A stretch of 63,330 nt of DNA, filler included, from Reclinomonas americana ATCC 50394 (Eukaryota): NCBI GenBank assembly GCA_048213135.1. It is 6 parts of 4 records of this genome, joined end to end, with 100 filler letters (N's around TTAATTAATTAA, not from the genome) between each part and the next. Parts side by side here need not be neighbours in the genome. Positions count along the whole stretch, not along the records: positions 48,837 to 56,647 come from PS015551.1; positions 56,748 to 61,886 come from PS015551.1; positions 61,987 to 63,330 come from PS015567.1; 3 more parts are not named here. One strand, given 5' to 3'. Under the pieces are notes generated by a model that worked only from the letters and a program-made list of their open reading frames with translations, was not told where the DNA came from and made no database searches. Shown here one piece after another: positions 51,801 to 63,330 of the stretch. A program made the position numbers and the translations under genes. Positions within the stretch are counted from its first letter, which is position 1. The number at the start of each line of letters is the position of its first letter.

Positions 51801-54526
51801 GTGTATTCATTTCTTGTGAGCAGCGCCGATGCCACGTCGCTGGCCTCGCTGCTCGTCAAGGCGGCGTCGGTCTCGTATTTCACGACACTGATGGAGGACT
51901 TCTTTGCCAAGCTAGCCGGCGGCAGCTTGCGCATGAGCCCTTCGGCAAGAAACACGCTGTCACAAGTGGCGCAGACGCAAATGCGAAGCTTGCGGTTGTG
52001 GGCCAATGCCGCAGAGATGCGGTTACAGGAGGCCATGGCGGACGCGAACAAGCTCGGCGTCGTCAGCGGCCTGTACAAAGTTCGCCATCCACCAGCCTCG
52101 TTCGTCAACCTCGTCGAGGAACTCGCCAACGCCACCCCGGTCGTCGAGTCGCAATCGTCGGCACCTGCACGATCGGTGGCAGGTGTGTCGGTGCTGACCG
52201 CACTCACCAGAGACGAACCGGACCTGGTTGCCATTGGTCCGGTGCTTGCCGATCTGGCGCGCTTGTTGGGTTTGACGGAGGTATGAATGGCGGGAGGGAG
52301 AGGGGGAAAGGGGGGAAAGAGACGTGCCTCTATCTCTCTCGCTCGTGGCTGCCACTGATTCGCCGTCCTTTGTGCAGGCGAGTTTCGAGGACCAGAGCCT
52401 GCTGTGGAAATTCTTGGTGGTGCAAAACGCCACCGTCAGCGTGCCCAAGTCGCAGCCGCGGCCCGACGACATGGTGAGGCGGTGATTGTGTTTTGCGTAT
52501 TCTTCTTCATTGGCGATGCTCAACTGTGTGTTGGGCATGCAGCCGGCGATGGACACGGGCGATTCGGAGAGTGTGCTCTCCGTGCGTGTGCCGAACGCTG
52601 AGACCCTTCATTTCTCCGAGCCAGTGGAGGTCTGTAAATACAAGAACTTTATTCGCATGTTTGGCATTAGCAAGGTGAGACGCCTCCTCGTGGTGAGGAG
52701 TTGTGAATGCTGTGCTTTTTTTGTTGACTTGTTGCTCTCCGCAGTACAACACGTCGGTGGTGGTGGTCGCCACCTCCAAGAACCTGTACGATGTCAATGT
52801 GCCACACGTGTTCAAGCATCGCAGGAGGTCGCCGTCGCTGCGCCATGTGTTGGAGATGGAGCCGAACACGTGGGAGGCGTCTGTTGTGCGGTTCCGCGAG
52901 TGCGAGGGCACGGAGGACATTGCCGACTGTTGCGTCAATATCAAGCGAAGGGAGAGAGACCGTGGTACTCATTTGTCGCACCTCGTGCAGACTCGTCAGT
53001 GCCGTTCTTGTTCCCGCGTGTGGCCATGATCAATGACCTGATGCAGGGAGCTCTGCTGGTGCGGTTTCTATGTGGGCGTGTATGTTTTCCTCAGGTCGTC
53101 GTAACGTGCGCCCGCAGCCTCGTCACATCACTGGTGGACCCGGTCCCTCGTCATCGGCCGCCGCTGCCGCTGCCATGATACCGCTGACGGTTGCGTGATA
53201 CCCCGTGTGCACCAATAGGCTGTTCGTTTTTCTTAGCTGAAAAGCGTCGTGCAGATGCCCACTCGTGAAATCAATGTCAAGTGCATGTCGACGCACCCGC
53301 ATCTCCCATTCTGTGCGTCCCCACTGCGCTGTCCCTCCTTCATCTGCGCATGGTCGTTCCTTACTCTCTCTCTCTCTCGCCCCCTCTCCCAATGCACAGA
53401 TGTCACGGGCGGTTTCGATTCCGGCGTGTATCTGTGGGCCTGCGGAGCACCGCGTGCGGTGCGTGACTTGCGCGTGCGTTCGTTGCATGTGCGCATCGCT
53501 AACATTGCCTTCCTCTCCACGCAGCTCGGCCAATTCCGTTCACCGCTTCCTGGCGGCCCGCACATCCTGTCAATCCGGTGGTCGCTGCACGGGTACAAGT
53601 TTGGCGCCGTGGACTCGGACGGCTACCTGCAACTGTGGAAGCTGGAAGCATCGCCCGACGCCACCTCGCCGTTCCTGACCATTCAGGCACACAGCGGCAG
53701 CTGCAACGACTTTGTTTTCCTCAACTCGAGCACCATTATCGCCACAGTGGGATCGACAAAGGCCAAGGAGCGCATGCTGCACATTTGGGATGTGCTGCTG
53801 CCGTCGATGGACGCCTGTCTGCTGCGCTATCCGATTTCGAGTGACGGCGCCGGCGAGCCGTCTGCCCTGCTCTACATTCCCTCCATGGCCAAGCTGATTG
53901 TCGGGTGCAAGAAGGGCATGCTGCGAAGGCTGGATCTGCGGCAGCTGTTGACGGTGAGTGTGCACAGGGAGGAGCGAGAGGGAACGCGTCATGCAGCTCA
54001 CGCGCGCATTTGTGTGTGTGTGTGTGTGCCTTGCAGCCGAGCACAGCGACCAGCACCATCATCGCCGACGTGTCGACGGCACCCAGCATCGACCTGGTGG
54101 TGGCGGCGCACAATCACGCTCTCAAGTCGCTGGCCGTGGTGCCGGACCACGTCACATTCGTGTCGGCCTCCTCGGACGGCGGCATCAAGGTGTGGGACGC
54201 TCGTACCATGCAACAGCTGGCCGCCTTCGACAATGTGCACCCGCGGCAAGCCGTGTTTGGCCTGCTCGGCAGCAAGACAGTTGCGTGCCGAGTCGAAAAT
54301 GAGAGAAATGGATAAGAGGGGGGAAAACTCACCATTGTCCGCGCACCAGATGAGCTTTTACGGCTGCACCGGTGTCGAAGTCGAGGGCGATTACTTGTAC
54401 TCCAGCGGCGCCGATGGACGAGTTGTACGCCGTCGCATTGCGCGCACGCCGGAGAATGCGCCACAACCAGCAGCAGTAGCGAGAGCAGGAGGAACGACAG
54501 GAGGAGCAGCAGCCGTGCGCAAGTGA
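48890..54526 (+). CDS. DmX-like/rabconnectin-3a/Rav1 protein (RAVE domain plus C-terminal WD40), 5' end in gap
   Basis: ERVAKAAF, PLDSALFYL, FMANDFTDPRWKAAGMKNA.AL..QHKY.LAAAFFIL, C-terminal HPHLPFYVTG and WD repeats; more than 20 introns. Confidence 0.88.
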
Positions 54527-54692
54527 ACAGCACGGAAATACAATGGTTGATAGTGAAGACTAAGATGAGAAGGAAGAGGCAGAGGAGGAGGAGGAGCGGA
54601 AGGAAGAGGCGCATTGCTATTGCCGGATTCGAGCTTAAACACGGCTGACAGGACACGTTACGAGCTCTTTTCCCTCTGTGCGTCAGAGTGCG

Positions 54693-56647
54693 ATGAAGGA
54701 GTTCACTTGCCGCACAGCTCGCGTGAGTGGCGACAAGCAGGAGAACAAACACGACTGGCTTTTCACTGACACTCTCTGTGTGTCTGTGTGTGTGTCTCAT
54801 GCGCAGAATAACGAGTTCCGCATCACAGATGAGCTGTTGGTGAGTGTGAATGAGAGTGTGTGAGTGTGTGAGTCTTTCTCTCTCTCACAGACACAAGTGT
54901 CACAGGGACGCGGCATGTATGGAGTGGTGTTTGTTGCGCATCAAATGCTCCACGATCGTCCCATTCGCAAAGTCGCTGCCAAGGTGAGCGCACTCACTCA
55001 CAGAGAGAGAGAGAGAGTGCAAGACACACAGAGTGTGAGAGCTCAGTGTGCGTGTGTGTCATACNNNNNNNNNNNNNNNNNNNNNNNNNNNNNNNNNNNN
55101 NNNNNNNNNNNNNNNNNNNNNNNNNNNNNNNNNNNNNNNNNNNNNNNNNNNNNNNNNNNNNNNNNNNNNNNNNNNNNNNNNNNNNNNNNNNNNNNNNNNN
55201 NNNNNNNNNNNNNNNNNNNNNNNNNNNNNNNNNNNNNNNNNNNNNNNNNNNNNNNNNNNNNNNNNNNNNNNNNNNNNNNNNNNNNNNNNNNNNNNNNNNN
55301 NNNNNNNNNNNNNNNNNNNNNNNNNNNNNNNNNNNNNNNNNNNNNNNNNNNNNNNNNNNNNNNNNNNNNNNNNNNNNNNNNNNNNNNNNNNNNNNNNNNN
55401 NNNNNNNNNNNNNNNNNNNNNNNNNNNNNNNNNNNNNNNNNNNNNNNNNNNNNNNNNNNNNNNNNNNNNNNNNNNNNNNNNNNNNNNNNNNNNNNNNNNN
55501 NNNNNNNNNNNNNNNNNNNNNNNNNNNNNNNNNNNNNNNNNNNNNNNNNNNNNNNNNNNNNNNNNNNNNNNNNNNNNNNNNNNNNNNNNNNNNNNNNNNN
55601 NNNNNNNNNNNNNNNNNNNNNNNNNNNNNNNNNNNNNNNNNNNNNNNGGGCACCCTCGTCATGACTCGTGCCGACACCGTCCGATTCGCCATGAGGCATC
55701 CTTCTGCCTCTCTCCTCCCTCCCCCTGCTCTCCTCCCTGCCTCGCGCCGACACCGTCCGATGCACCCAGCCTTTCTCTTACTCCCTGTGCCGACACCCTG
55801 CAGTGCGTGGAGCAAAAGCCGGATGTGCCGCGCAAGCACCGCATCATCATCTTCATGGAGCTGTGCGCCGGGCACGATCTGCAGGTGCATGTGGACATGA
55901 GCGGCGGCTCACTGAACGAGTCGACAGTGCGCACGTTTGCCCGGCAGCTGCTTCTCGGCCTGAATCACTTGCACAGTGTGGCGAACATTGTACATCGTGA
56001 TCTGAAGGTCAGTGTTGATGTTGTTGTGCCAACAGATGCCAGCGCGTCGGTACTGATAATTTTTTTAAATCGTCAGCCGCAAAACATTCTGCTGGATGAC
56101 CAGAGCGCGTGCATCAAGATCTCCGACTTTGGTCTGTCGCGCATGTTGGGTGTGCACGATTTTGTACAAGGCACGCAATGTGGAACCCCGCTGTATGTGA
56201 GTCGCAGTCGTTGTGTGTGAGGGTGGAATCTCTCTGTTGTGGCACTGGTGGTTGACAATTTTTTTCTTTGTGCAGATGGTGCGCCGCACGCAGCAGCTTC
56301 TGTGCGATTTTGTGATTGCTGCTCCTCACTTGATATCTGTGCACAGGCTCCAGAGATGTTCCTGCCGGGGGTGTACTTTGGCCAGAAAGTGGATGTGTGG
56401 GTACGTGACGAGTCTGCGTCTGTGTCTCGTACATGCGTAACGCTCACTTGCTCCTCCGTCGCAGTCCGCCGGCTGCATCGTGTGGTACATGATGACGGGC
56501 ACAGTGCGTTCATCCACACCCATTGTTTCGCTTCCTGTGTGTCGCTGCGTCACTCAATCTCCTGCGCAGCACTTTATCCGCGCACGCACAAAACCCGAAC
56601 TGCTTCAGTGCATGACAAACATTCTGTTCCACACCGGTCCACTCAAC
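54693..56647 (+). CDS. Ser/Thr protein kinase (ULK/CAMK-like), incomplete
   Basis: LGRGMYGVV, VAAK, FMELC, IVHRDLKPQNILL, KISDFG, CGTPLYMAPE, KVDVWSAG. Confidence 0.92.
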
Positions 56648-56747
56648 NNNNNNNNNNNNNNNNNNNNNNNNNNNNNNNNNNNNNNNNNNNNTTAATTAAT
56701 TAANNNNNNNNNNNNNNNNNNNNNNNNNNNNNNNNNNNNNNNNNNNN

Positions 56748-59700
56748 CACCTACACCATCATGTGCGGAGCCAACAGCGGCGCGTTCACAATTGTCGGAT
56801 CTCAGCTCTTTACGGTGGGCTCGCAAACTGGCAACAACCTCTCCTTCCTCATGCGAGCGAGCGACGGTGCTGGTGGCTGGTACGAGAAGACACTTGTTCT
56901 CTCTGAGGGTGCGTTTATGCATCGTTGGCAGCCATACATCGAACATTGACTTACACACCACTGCTTGCCAGTTAATTACCCGCCGAGCTCGATGACCTTG
57001 AGCGCCCAGCTCTATGTGCCTCTCGGTCCAGTGCCCTCGGTTGTAGGCTACCTGAGCAGTGTCGATATCAACTGCTGCCAGACTGTCACTTATCGCGTGG
57101 CTGGTGGCGCCAATGCGTCCAATTTTGCTGTCAGTGGCACTGCACTCATGGTGACGCAACAAGGGCTGCAAGGGCGCAATTTGGAAGTTATTGTGCAAGC
57201 TGATGATGGCGCTGGTGGCCTGCTGAATATCGCGTACATCATCGACGAGAGTTGCGCGAAACCGAGGGCTCTTCTGTTACCCGTCTGCGAACTCACGTGA
57301 TGGAAAATGCTGTTCCTCTGTAGCTCACATGCCGCCGACTGACGTGCTGCTGTCGTCAACACTGTACATTCCACAATTGGCACAGAACAACTTTGTCGCC
57401 AACATCACTGCTGTGGACGCCAACTGCTGCGAGACGCACACGTTCCAGATTGTGCCGGGTGGTGCCAGTGCACAGTTTACGATTGTTGACTCGCAGCTGT
57501 TCAGCGTCGGTGCAGTGGGCGGCAATGCGTTGCAGTTGACGGTGCAGACAACGGACCAGAATGGTCTGAGCTTCAGTCGCACGTTCAGCTTGAACGAAGG
57601 TGCGTGTGCGAGTCGCGTGCTTGTGTAGCACACGTTCACCCACTGCTTCGTCGGCACAGCCAATGTTCCCCCGACGGCCGTTCATGTGTCGAGTGCGACA
57701 TATGTACCGCTGGGACCGGCGAATCAAGTAGTGGGCGCGCTGACGACCGTGGACAACAACTGCTGCCAGTCGTTTGTGTATCAGATTGTGGGTGGTCACG
57801 ATGCGAGCAAGTTCGGCATCAGTGGATCGAGTCTGCTGGTCACGGCGAGTGGCGTGCAGGGACACAACTTGGAGGTGATTGTGCGCACGAACGACGGTAG
57901 TGGTGGCACATTTGACCAGACATTGTTGATTGATGAAGGTGAGGCGACTGGTTGCTATGCGCATGTAGGCGAGCTGTGATGGTGGTGTTACTTACTGCAA
58001 CTTGCAGCCCACGTGCCGCCGACTGACGTGCTGCTGTCGTCAACACTGTACATTCCACAATTGGCACAGAACAACTTTGTCGCCAACATCACTGCTGTGG
58101 ACGCCAACTGCTGCGAGACGCACACGTTCCAGATTGTGCCGGGTGGTGCCAGTGCACAGTTTACGATTGTTGACTCGCAGCTGTTCAGCGTCGGTGCAGT
58201 GGGCGGCAATGCGTTGCAGTTGACGGTGCAGACAACGGACCAGAATGGTCTGAGCTTCAGTCGCACGTTCAGCTTGAACGAAGGTGCGTGTGCGAGTCGC
58301 GTGCTTGTGTAGCACACGTTCACCCACTGCTTCGTCGGCACAGCCAATGTTCCCCCGACGGCCGTTCATGTGTCGAGTGCGACATATGTGCCGCTGGGAC
58401 CGGCGAATCAAGTGGTGGGCGCGCTGACGACCGTGGACAACAACTGCTGCCAGTCGTTTGTGTATCAGATTGTGGGTGGTCACGATGCGAGCAAGTTCGG
58501 CATCAGTGGATCGAGTCTGCTGGTCACGGCGAGTGGCGTGCAGGGACACAACTTGGAGGTGATTGTGCGCACGAACGACGGTAGTGGTGGCACATTTGAC
58601 CAGACATTGTTGATTGATGAAGGTGAGGCGACTGGTTGCTATGCGCATGCAGGCGAGCTGTGATGGTGGTGTTACTAACTACAACTTGTAGCCCACGTGC
58701 CACCGACTGACGTGCTGCTGTCGTCGACACTGTACATTCCACAATTGGCACAGAACAACTTTGTCGCCAACATTACCGCTGTGGACGCCAACTGCTGCGA
58801 GACGCACACGTTCCAGATTGTGCCGGGTGGTGCCAGTGCACAGTTTACGATTGTTGGCTCGCAGTTGTTCAGCGTCGGTGCAGTGGGTGGCAATGCGTTG
58901 CAGTTGACGGTGCAGACGACGGACCAGAATGGTCTGAGCTTCACTCGCACGTTCAGCTTGAACGAAGGTGAGTGCGGGTATGCGTGCGTGTGTTTGTCTT
59001 GCTTATTGAGCGCATTTACTCACTGCTTGTCGTCGGCGCAGCCAATGTGCCCCCGACGGCCGTTCATGTGTCGAGTGCAACATATGTGCCGCTGGGACCG
59101 ACGAATCAGGTGGTGGGCGCGCTGACGACTGTGGACAACAACTGCTGCCAGACGTTTGTGTATCAGATTGTGGGTGGTCACGATGCGAGCAAGTTCGGCG
59201 TCAGTGGATCGAGTCTGCTGGTCACGGCGAGTGGCGTGCAGGGACACAACTTGGAGGTGATTGTGCGCACCAATGACGGCAGTGGTGGCACATTTGACCA
59301 GACGTTGCTGATTGATGAAGGTGAGGCGACTAAACGGGATGCGTCCATACACCTCCGTATTCAGCCTGCTTGTAACTGACTTCCATCCGCAGCCTTCGTG
59401 CCACCGACTGACGTGCTGCTGTCGTCAACACTGTACATTCCACAATTGGCACAGAACAACTTTGTCGCCAACATTACCGCTGTGGACGCCAACTGCTGCG
59501 AGACGCACACATTCCAGATTGTGCCGGGTGGTGCCAGTGCACAGTTTACGATTGTTGGCTCGCAGTTGTTCAGCGTCGGTGCAGTGGGTGGCAATGCGTT
59601 GCAGTTGACGGTGCAGACGACGGACCAGAATGGTCTGAGCTTCAGTCGCACGTTCAGCTTGAACGAAGGTGAGTGCGGGCATGCGTGCGTGTGTTGTCTT

Positions 59701-61447
59701 GCTTGTAGCACGCATTCACTCACTGCTGCGCCGACACAGCCAATGTGCCCCCGACGGCCGTTCATGTGTCGAGTGCGACTTATGTACCGCTGGGACCGGC
59801 GAATCAAGTGGTGGGCGCGCTGACGACCGTGGACAACAACTGCTGCCAGTCGTTTGTGTATCAGATTGTGGGTGGTCACGATGCGAGCAAGTTCGGCGTC
59901 AGTGGATCGAGTCTGCTGGTCACGGCGAGTGGCGTTCAGGGACACAACTTGGAGGTGATTGTGCGCACCAATGACGGCAGCGGTGGCACATTTGACCAGA
60001 CGTTGCTGATTGATGAAGGTGAGGCGACTAAACGGGATGCGTCCATATACCTCCGTATTCAGCCTGCTTGTAACTGACTTCCATCCGCAGCCTTCGTGCC
60101 ACCGACTGACGTGCTGCTGTCGTCAACACTGTACATTCCACAATTGGCACAGAACAACTTTGTCGCCAACATTACCGCTGTGGACGCCAACTGCTGCGAG
60201 ACGCACACGTTCCAGATTGTGCCGGGTGGTGCCAGTGCACAGTTTACGATTGTCGGCTCGCAGCTGTTCAGCGTCGGTGCAGTGGGTGGCAATGCGTTGC
60301 AGTTGACGGTGCAGACGACGGACCAGAATGGTCTGAGCTTCACTCGCACGTTCAGCCTGAACGAAGGTGCGTGTGCGCGTCGCGTGCTTGCAGCACGCAT
60401 TCACTCACTGCTGCGCCGGCACAGCCAATGTGCCTCCGACGGCCGTTCATGTGTCGAGTGCGACATATGTGCCGCTGGGACCGGCGAATCAAGTGGTGGG
60501 CGCGCTGACGACCGTGGACAACAACTGCTGCCAGTCGTTTGTGTATCAGATTGTGGGTGGTCACGATGCGAGCAAGTTCGGCGTCAGTGGGTCGAGTCTG
60601 CTGGTCACGGCGAGTGGCGTGCAGGGACACGACTTGGAGGTGATTGTGCGCACCAATGACGGCAGCGGTGGCACGTTCGATCAGACGTTGCTGATTGATG
60701 AAGGTGAGGCAGTCGATTGTGATCTCGATATTGACCCTCTTGTTGGGGTGAGCGGAAATGGCTGAACACTTCGTTCCGTTGTTGCTCGCTCTCTCTTCTT
60801 TTGCGTGTGAGCGCAGCCTCTGTGGCGCCCACTGGTGTTACTCTGTCGTCGCACACGTATGTGCCGCCGACTGCCACCGCCAACACTGTAGTCGGCGTGC
60901 TGAGCGCAGTCGACGCCAACACTGGCGAGCAGTACACGTTCGCCATAGTGGGTGGCACCGACCAGGCGCTCTTTACCATTCTCAACGGTCAGCAATTGGC
61001 CTTGGTCAATGCTGGACAAAAGGGAATCAACCTGCAAGTCAGCGTGCGTGTCACGGACTCGACCATGCTGTCGTTCACACAGCCACTCGTCGTGACGGAG
61101 GGTGCGTGCTGGTGGTGTTCCACGCGCTCGTTCTTCTGACAGATACTGAGCGTCGTCTCTTCCAGCTCGTGTGGCTCCCACGGCTGTCCTGCTGTCGTCC
61201 TTGGAGATTCCCGTTCCGGTGGCCGCAGGAGACCTGATCGGCGAGTTGACGCTGGTCGATGCCAATTGCTGTGACACGCCTTCGTTCTCCATTACTGGAG
61301 GCGCCGACAGTGCGCTCTTCACCATCGCCAATGGCAATCAGCTGCGCTCGGCAATCGACGGGCTGCACGGTCCAACTCGGTCGATCATAATCAGCGGCAG
61401 CGACAATGATGGCGGACTGGTGGCGACTGAGTTCGAGTTGTACGAGA
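56748..61447 (+). CDS. Large cadherin-like repeat surface protein (at least 14 one-domain exons), both ends in gaps
   Basis: ~92-aa units PTD..LSS...V..ITAVDANCC.T.TF.IV.G....FTI...L...LTVQTTD..G; each unit is one exon with phase-1 introns. Confidence 0.8.
57323..60703 (+). repeat. Five near-identical tandem A-B units (~684-700 bp; two exons plus two introns each)
   Basis: A exons near 57323, 58007, 58691, 59393, 60091; B exons near 57660, 58344, 59042, 59740, 60425. Confidence 0.95.
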
Positions 61448-61586
61448 GTTGCGTCCATGCGCGTGCGATGATCTGCGCGGTGTTTTGACTCTTTGCTGGC
61501 ACATATGCACAGTCNNNNNNNNNNNNNNNNNNNNAAAAATGTAGGATGAATCAAGCAGGAGACATGCTCAGCACACAACAATGACT

Positions 61587-61870
61587 GTCGACCAGATGCG
61601 CTGTTGGCGACCAAGGACTGCAACCAATCTTGTTGTGTGCAATCACACGAGCCTCATACTCGGTGTACTGGTCGAGACCAGGCACTACGGCCGGTGAAGA
61701 TGTGACGTTGAAAGACACGTCGGCGACAGCACCAGCGGCCAACGATACCGGCGAATACAGTTCCACCGTGTACGACGTTACCGGACAGCAGAAATGCACC
61801 ATCGAGAGTGCGAAGGCCACCGTCACCGAGGTTTCGCTTCTCGTGCCGACAGCACTCGGCACTCCGGGAT
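61587..61870 (-). CDS. Isolated fibronectin type III domain exon on a small inter-gap contig
   Basis: SETSVTVAF...PVTSYTVE...VPGLDQYTEYEARVIAHNKIGCSPWS. Confidence 0.75.
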
Positions 61871-62207
61871 GAGTGGGAATTGGAGTNNNNNNNNNNNNNN
61901 NNNNNNNNNNNNNNNNNNNNNNNNNNNNNNTTAATTAATTAANNNNNNNNNNNNNNNNNNNNNNNNNNNNNNNNNNNNNNNNNNNNAGGGACGAGGGACG
62001 AGGGACGAGGGGAACGGAAGGGGGAAGAGCAAGGGTAAAGAGAAGGGAAGTGAAGGGGAAACGAATGAGGGAAGGATTGGAGAAACAAAGGGGGGAAGGA
62101 GGGGGGAGCGAGAAGGGAGAAGCGAAAGGGGGAAGCGATAAAGGGAAGGACAACGGACAGTAGGAAACCAGGATGAGGCAGGGGGAAGAGATGAGTAGCA
62201 CGCATAC

Positions 62208-63032
62208 CTCCGGATCCATTCCACGGTAATCCGGCATCGTCAGCTTGGTGTCGAGAATGTTGCGCGCCACAATGCGCTCGTCGGTGCACACGGATTCTAC
62301 AAAGGCGGGTGAGTTCCCTCACTTCGCTTCTCTTCCCTTCTACCTTGTCCTTACCAATGAAGATCGGATCGAGGCAGTGCTCGAAGCAGCGGGCGCGAAT
62401 GCGCTGTCGACGGTCCTCGGTGGTGTTGGTGGCATCGAAAATGGCCACTTGCCCGCCGCCGTCGAGCCACTGGAAGAGGTCGTCGAGGGCGCGATTGGAG
62501 AGCTCGCGACGCTTGCGCACCGACTCCTCGTCGCGTGGGTTGAAGAATTCGGCGGGTTGGTATGTGCCGAGGACTTCGCGGCTGCGAGGGGGAAGTGAGA
62601 AAAGGGGGAGGGAGAGGGGGAAAAGGGGGAGGGGAGGGAGAGGGAGAGAGAGAAGGAGACAGAGTGAAGAAAAGAGAGCGACAGAGAGACTGACACTTGC
62701 CACGAACCGATAGTTGCCGACGTTGAAAACACGCGTGCTCACGCCGAGCCACGACAGGTAGTTGCGCATCTTGCGACCAATATAGGTCTTGCCGCGCGCG
62801 GGTAGACCCACCAACACCAGCACCTACACGGAGAAATCAGCAAGGGAAAGAGGAGGAAACGGCGATGGCAGACGCACCAGCTTGAGCGACGTGTCGCCCT
62901 TGTGCATGTCGGAGAAGGCCAGGCGCGGCATGTCCATGCGCGATGGTGAGAGGGGTGCATTTGGTTGCGTGCTGGGACCGCCGCCGGAGGAGCGGGGGGA
63001 TTGGCCGGCAGAGGCGGAGACGAAGCGGGAGG
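62208..63032 (-). CDS. 6-phosphofructo-2-kinase/fructose-2,6-bisphosphatase, kinase-domain exons
   Basis: VGLPARGKTY, VFNVGNYRR, VAIFDATNTT..RR, FIESVCTD, PDY. Confidence 0.95.
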
Positions 63033-63330
63033 CTGCAATAGGAGAAGGGAAATGAGGGGAAGAAAGGGGAGGGAGGAAATGAGGGGAGGGAGAAGGGACA
63101 GAACGGATGAGTGCAAGGTGCATGGAGAGGAGATCCCTCCCTCCCTCTCTCTCTCTCTCTCTGTGGCTCTCTACACCTCCGTCTCTTTCTCTTTCCGTCC
63201 ATGCTGCCTCTCGTTCTCACTCCCTCTTCCTGGCCGTCTTTCTCAATCAGTTTCTCATCTCTGCCTTCTCTTCCCCCTTCTCCCTCCCTCTCCCTCTCTC
63301 CCCCTCCTCTCTCTCTCTGTGGCTCTCTAT

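Noticed and set aside
57323..60703. Regular repeat-spacer pattern suggestive of a CRISPR-like array
   Set aside because: The repeats are ~280-bp protein-coding exons and the spacers are GT-AG introns; no cas genes; eukaryotic context.
54693..61447. Kinase-cadherin fusion receptor
   Set aside because: The two are separated by a linker-padded gap with no TM or linking exon visible; a fusion cannot be supported.

Overview
Eukaryotic (protist-like) nuclear DNA from a gapped draft scaffold, read with the standard genetic code. It is gene-dense and intron-rich (most introns about 45-100 nt), with many (CT)n/(CA)n microsatellites and N-gaps, some padded with a TTAATTAATTAA linker. About 26 spliced genes were reconstructed by hand: two tandem XPB/ERCC3 helicase paralogs, a SAC3/GANP protein, a peroxisomal enoyl-CoA isomerase, an ecto-5'-nucleotidase, ELYS/AHCTF1, an ATPase-less p97/CDC48 N-domain membrane protein, an MFS transporter, Prp38, Atg13, a PhyH dioxygenase, MRI1, a kelch protein, a homeodomain protein, a His-rich protein, an SDH6-like protein, an OCA-type pseudophosphatase, DMXL/Rav1, a Ser/Thr kinase, a cadherin-like repeat gene, PFK-2 and several orphans. 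The main unexplained signal is in the introns. About 35 donors, many fixed by conserved protein motifs, have the consensus shifted one base (GTTGCGT, GTTGAGT, GTTAAGT, GTTGTGT; G at +6 instead of +5), alongside ordinary GTGCGT/GTGAGT donors. There are also several GC-AG introns and a 3-nt microexon. All gene models are manual inferences without RNA evidence.
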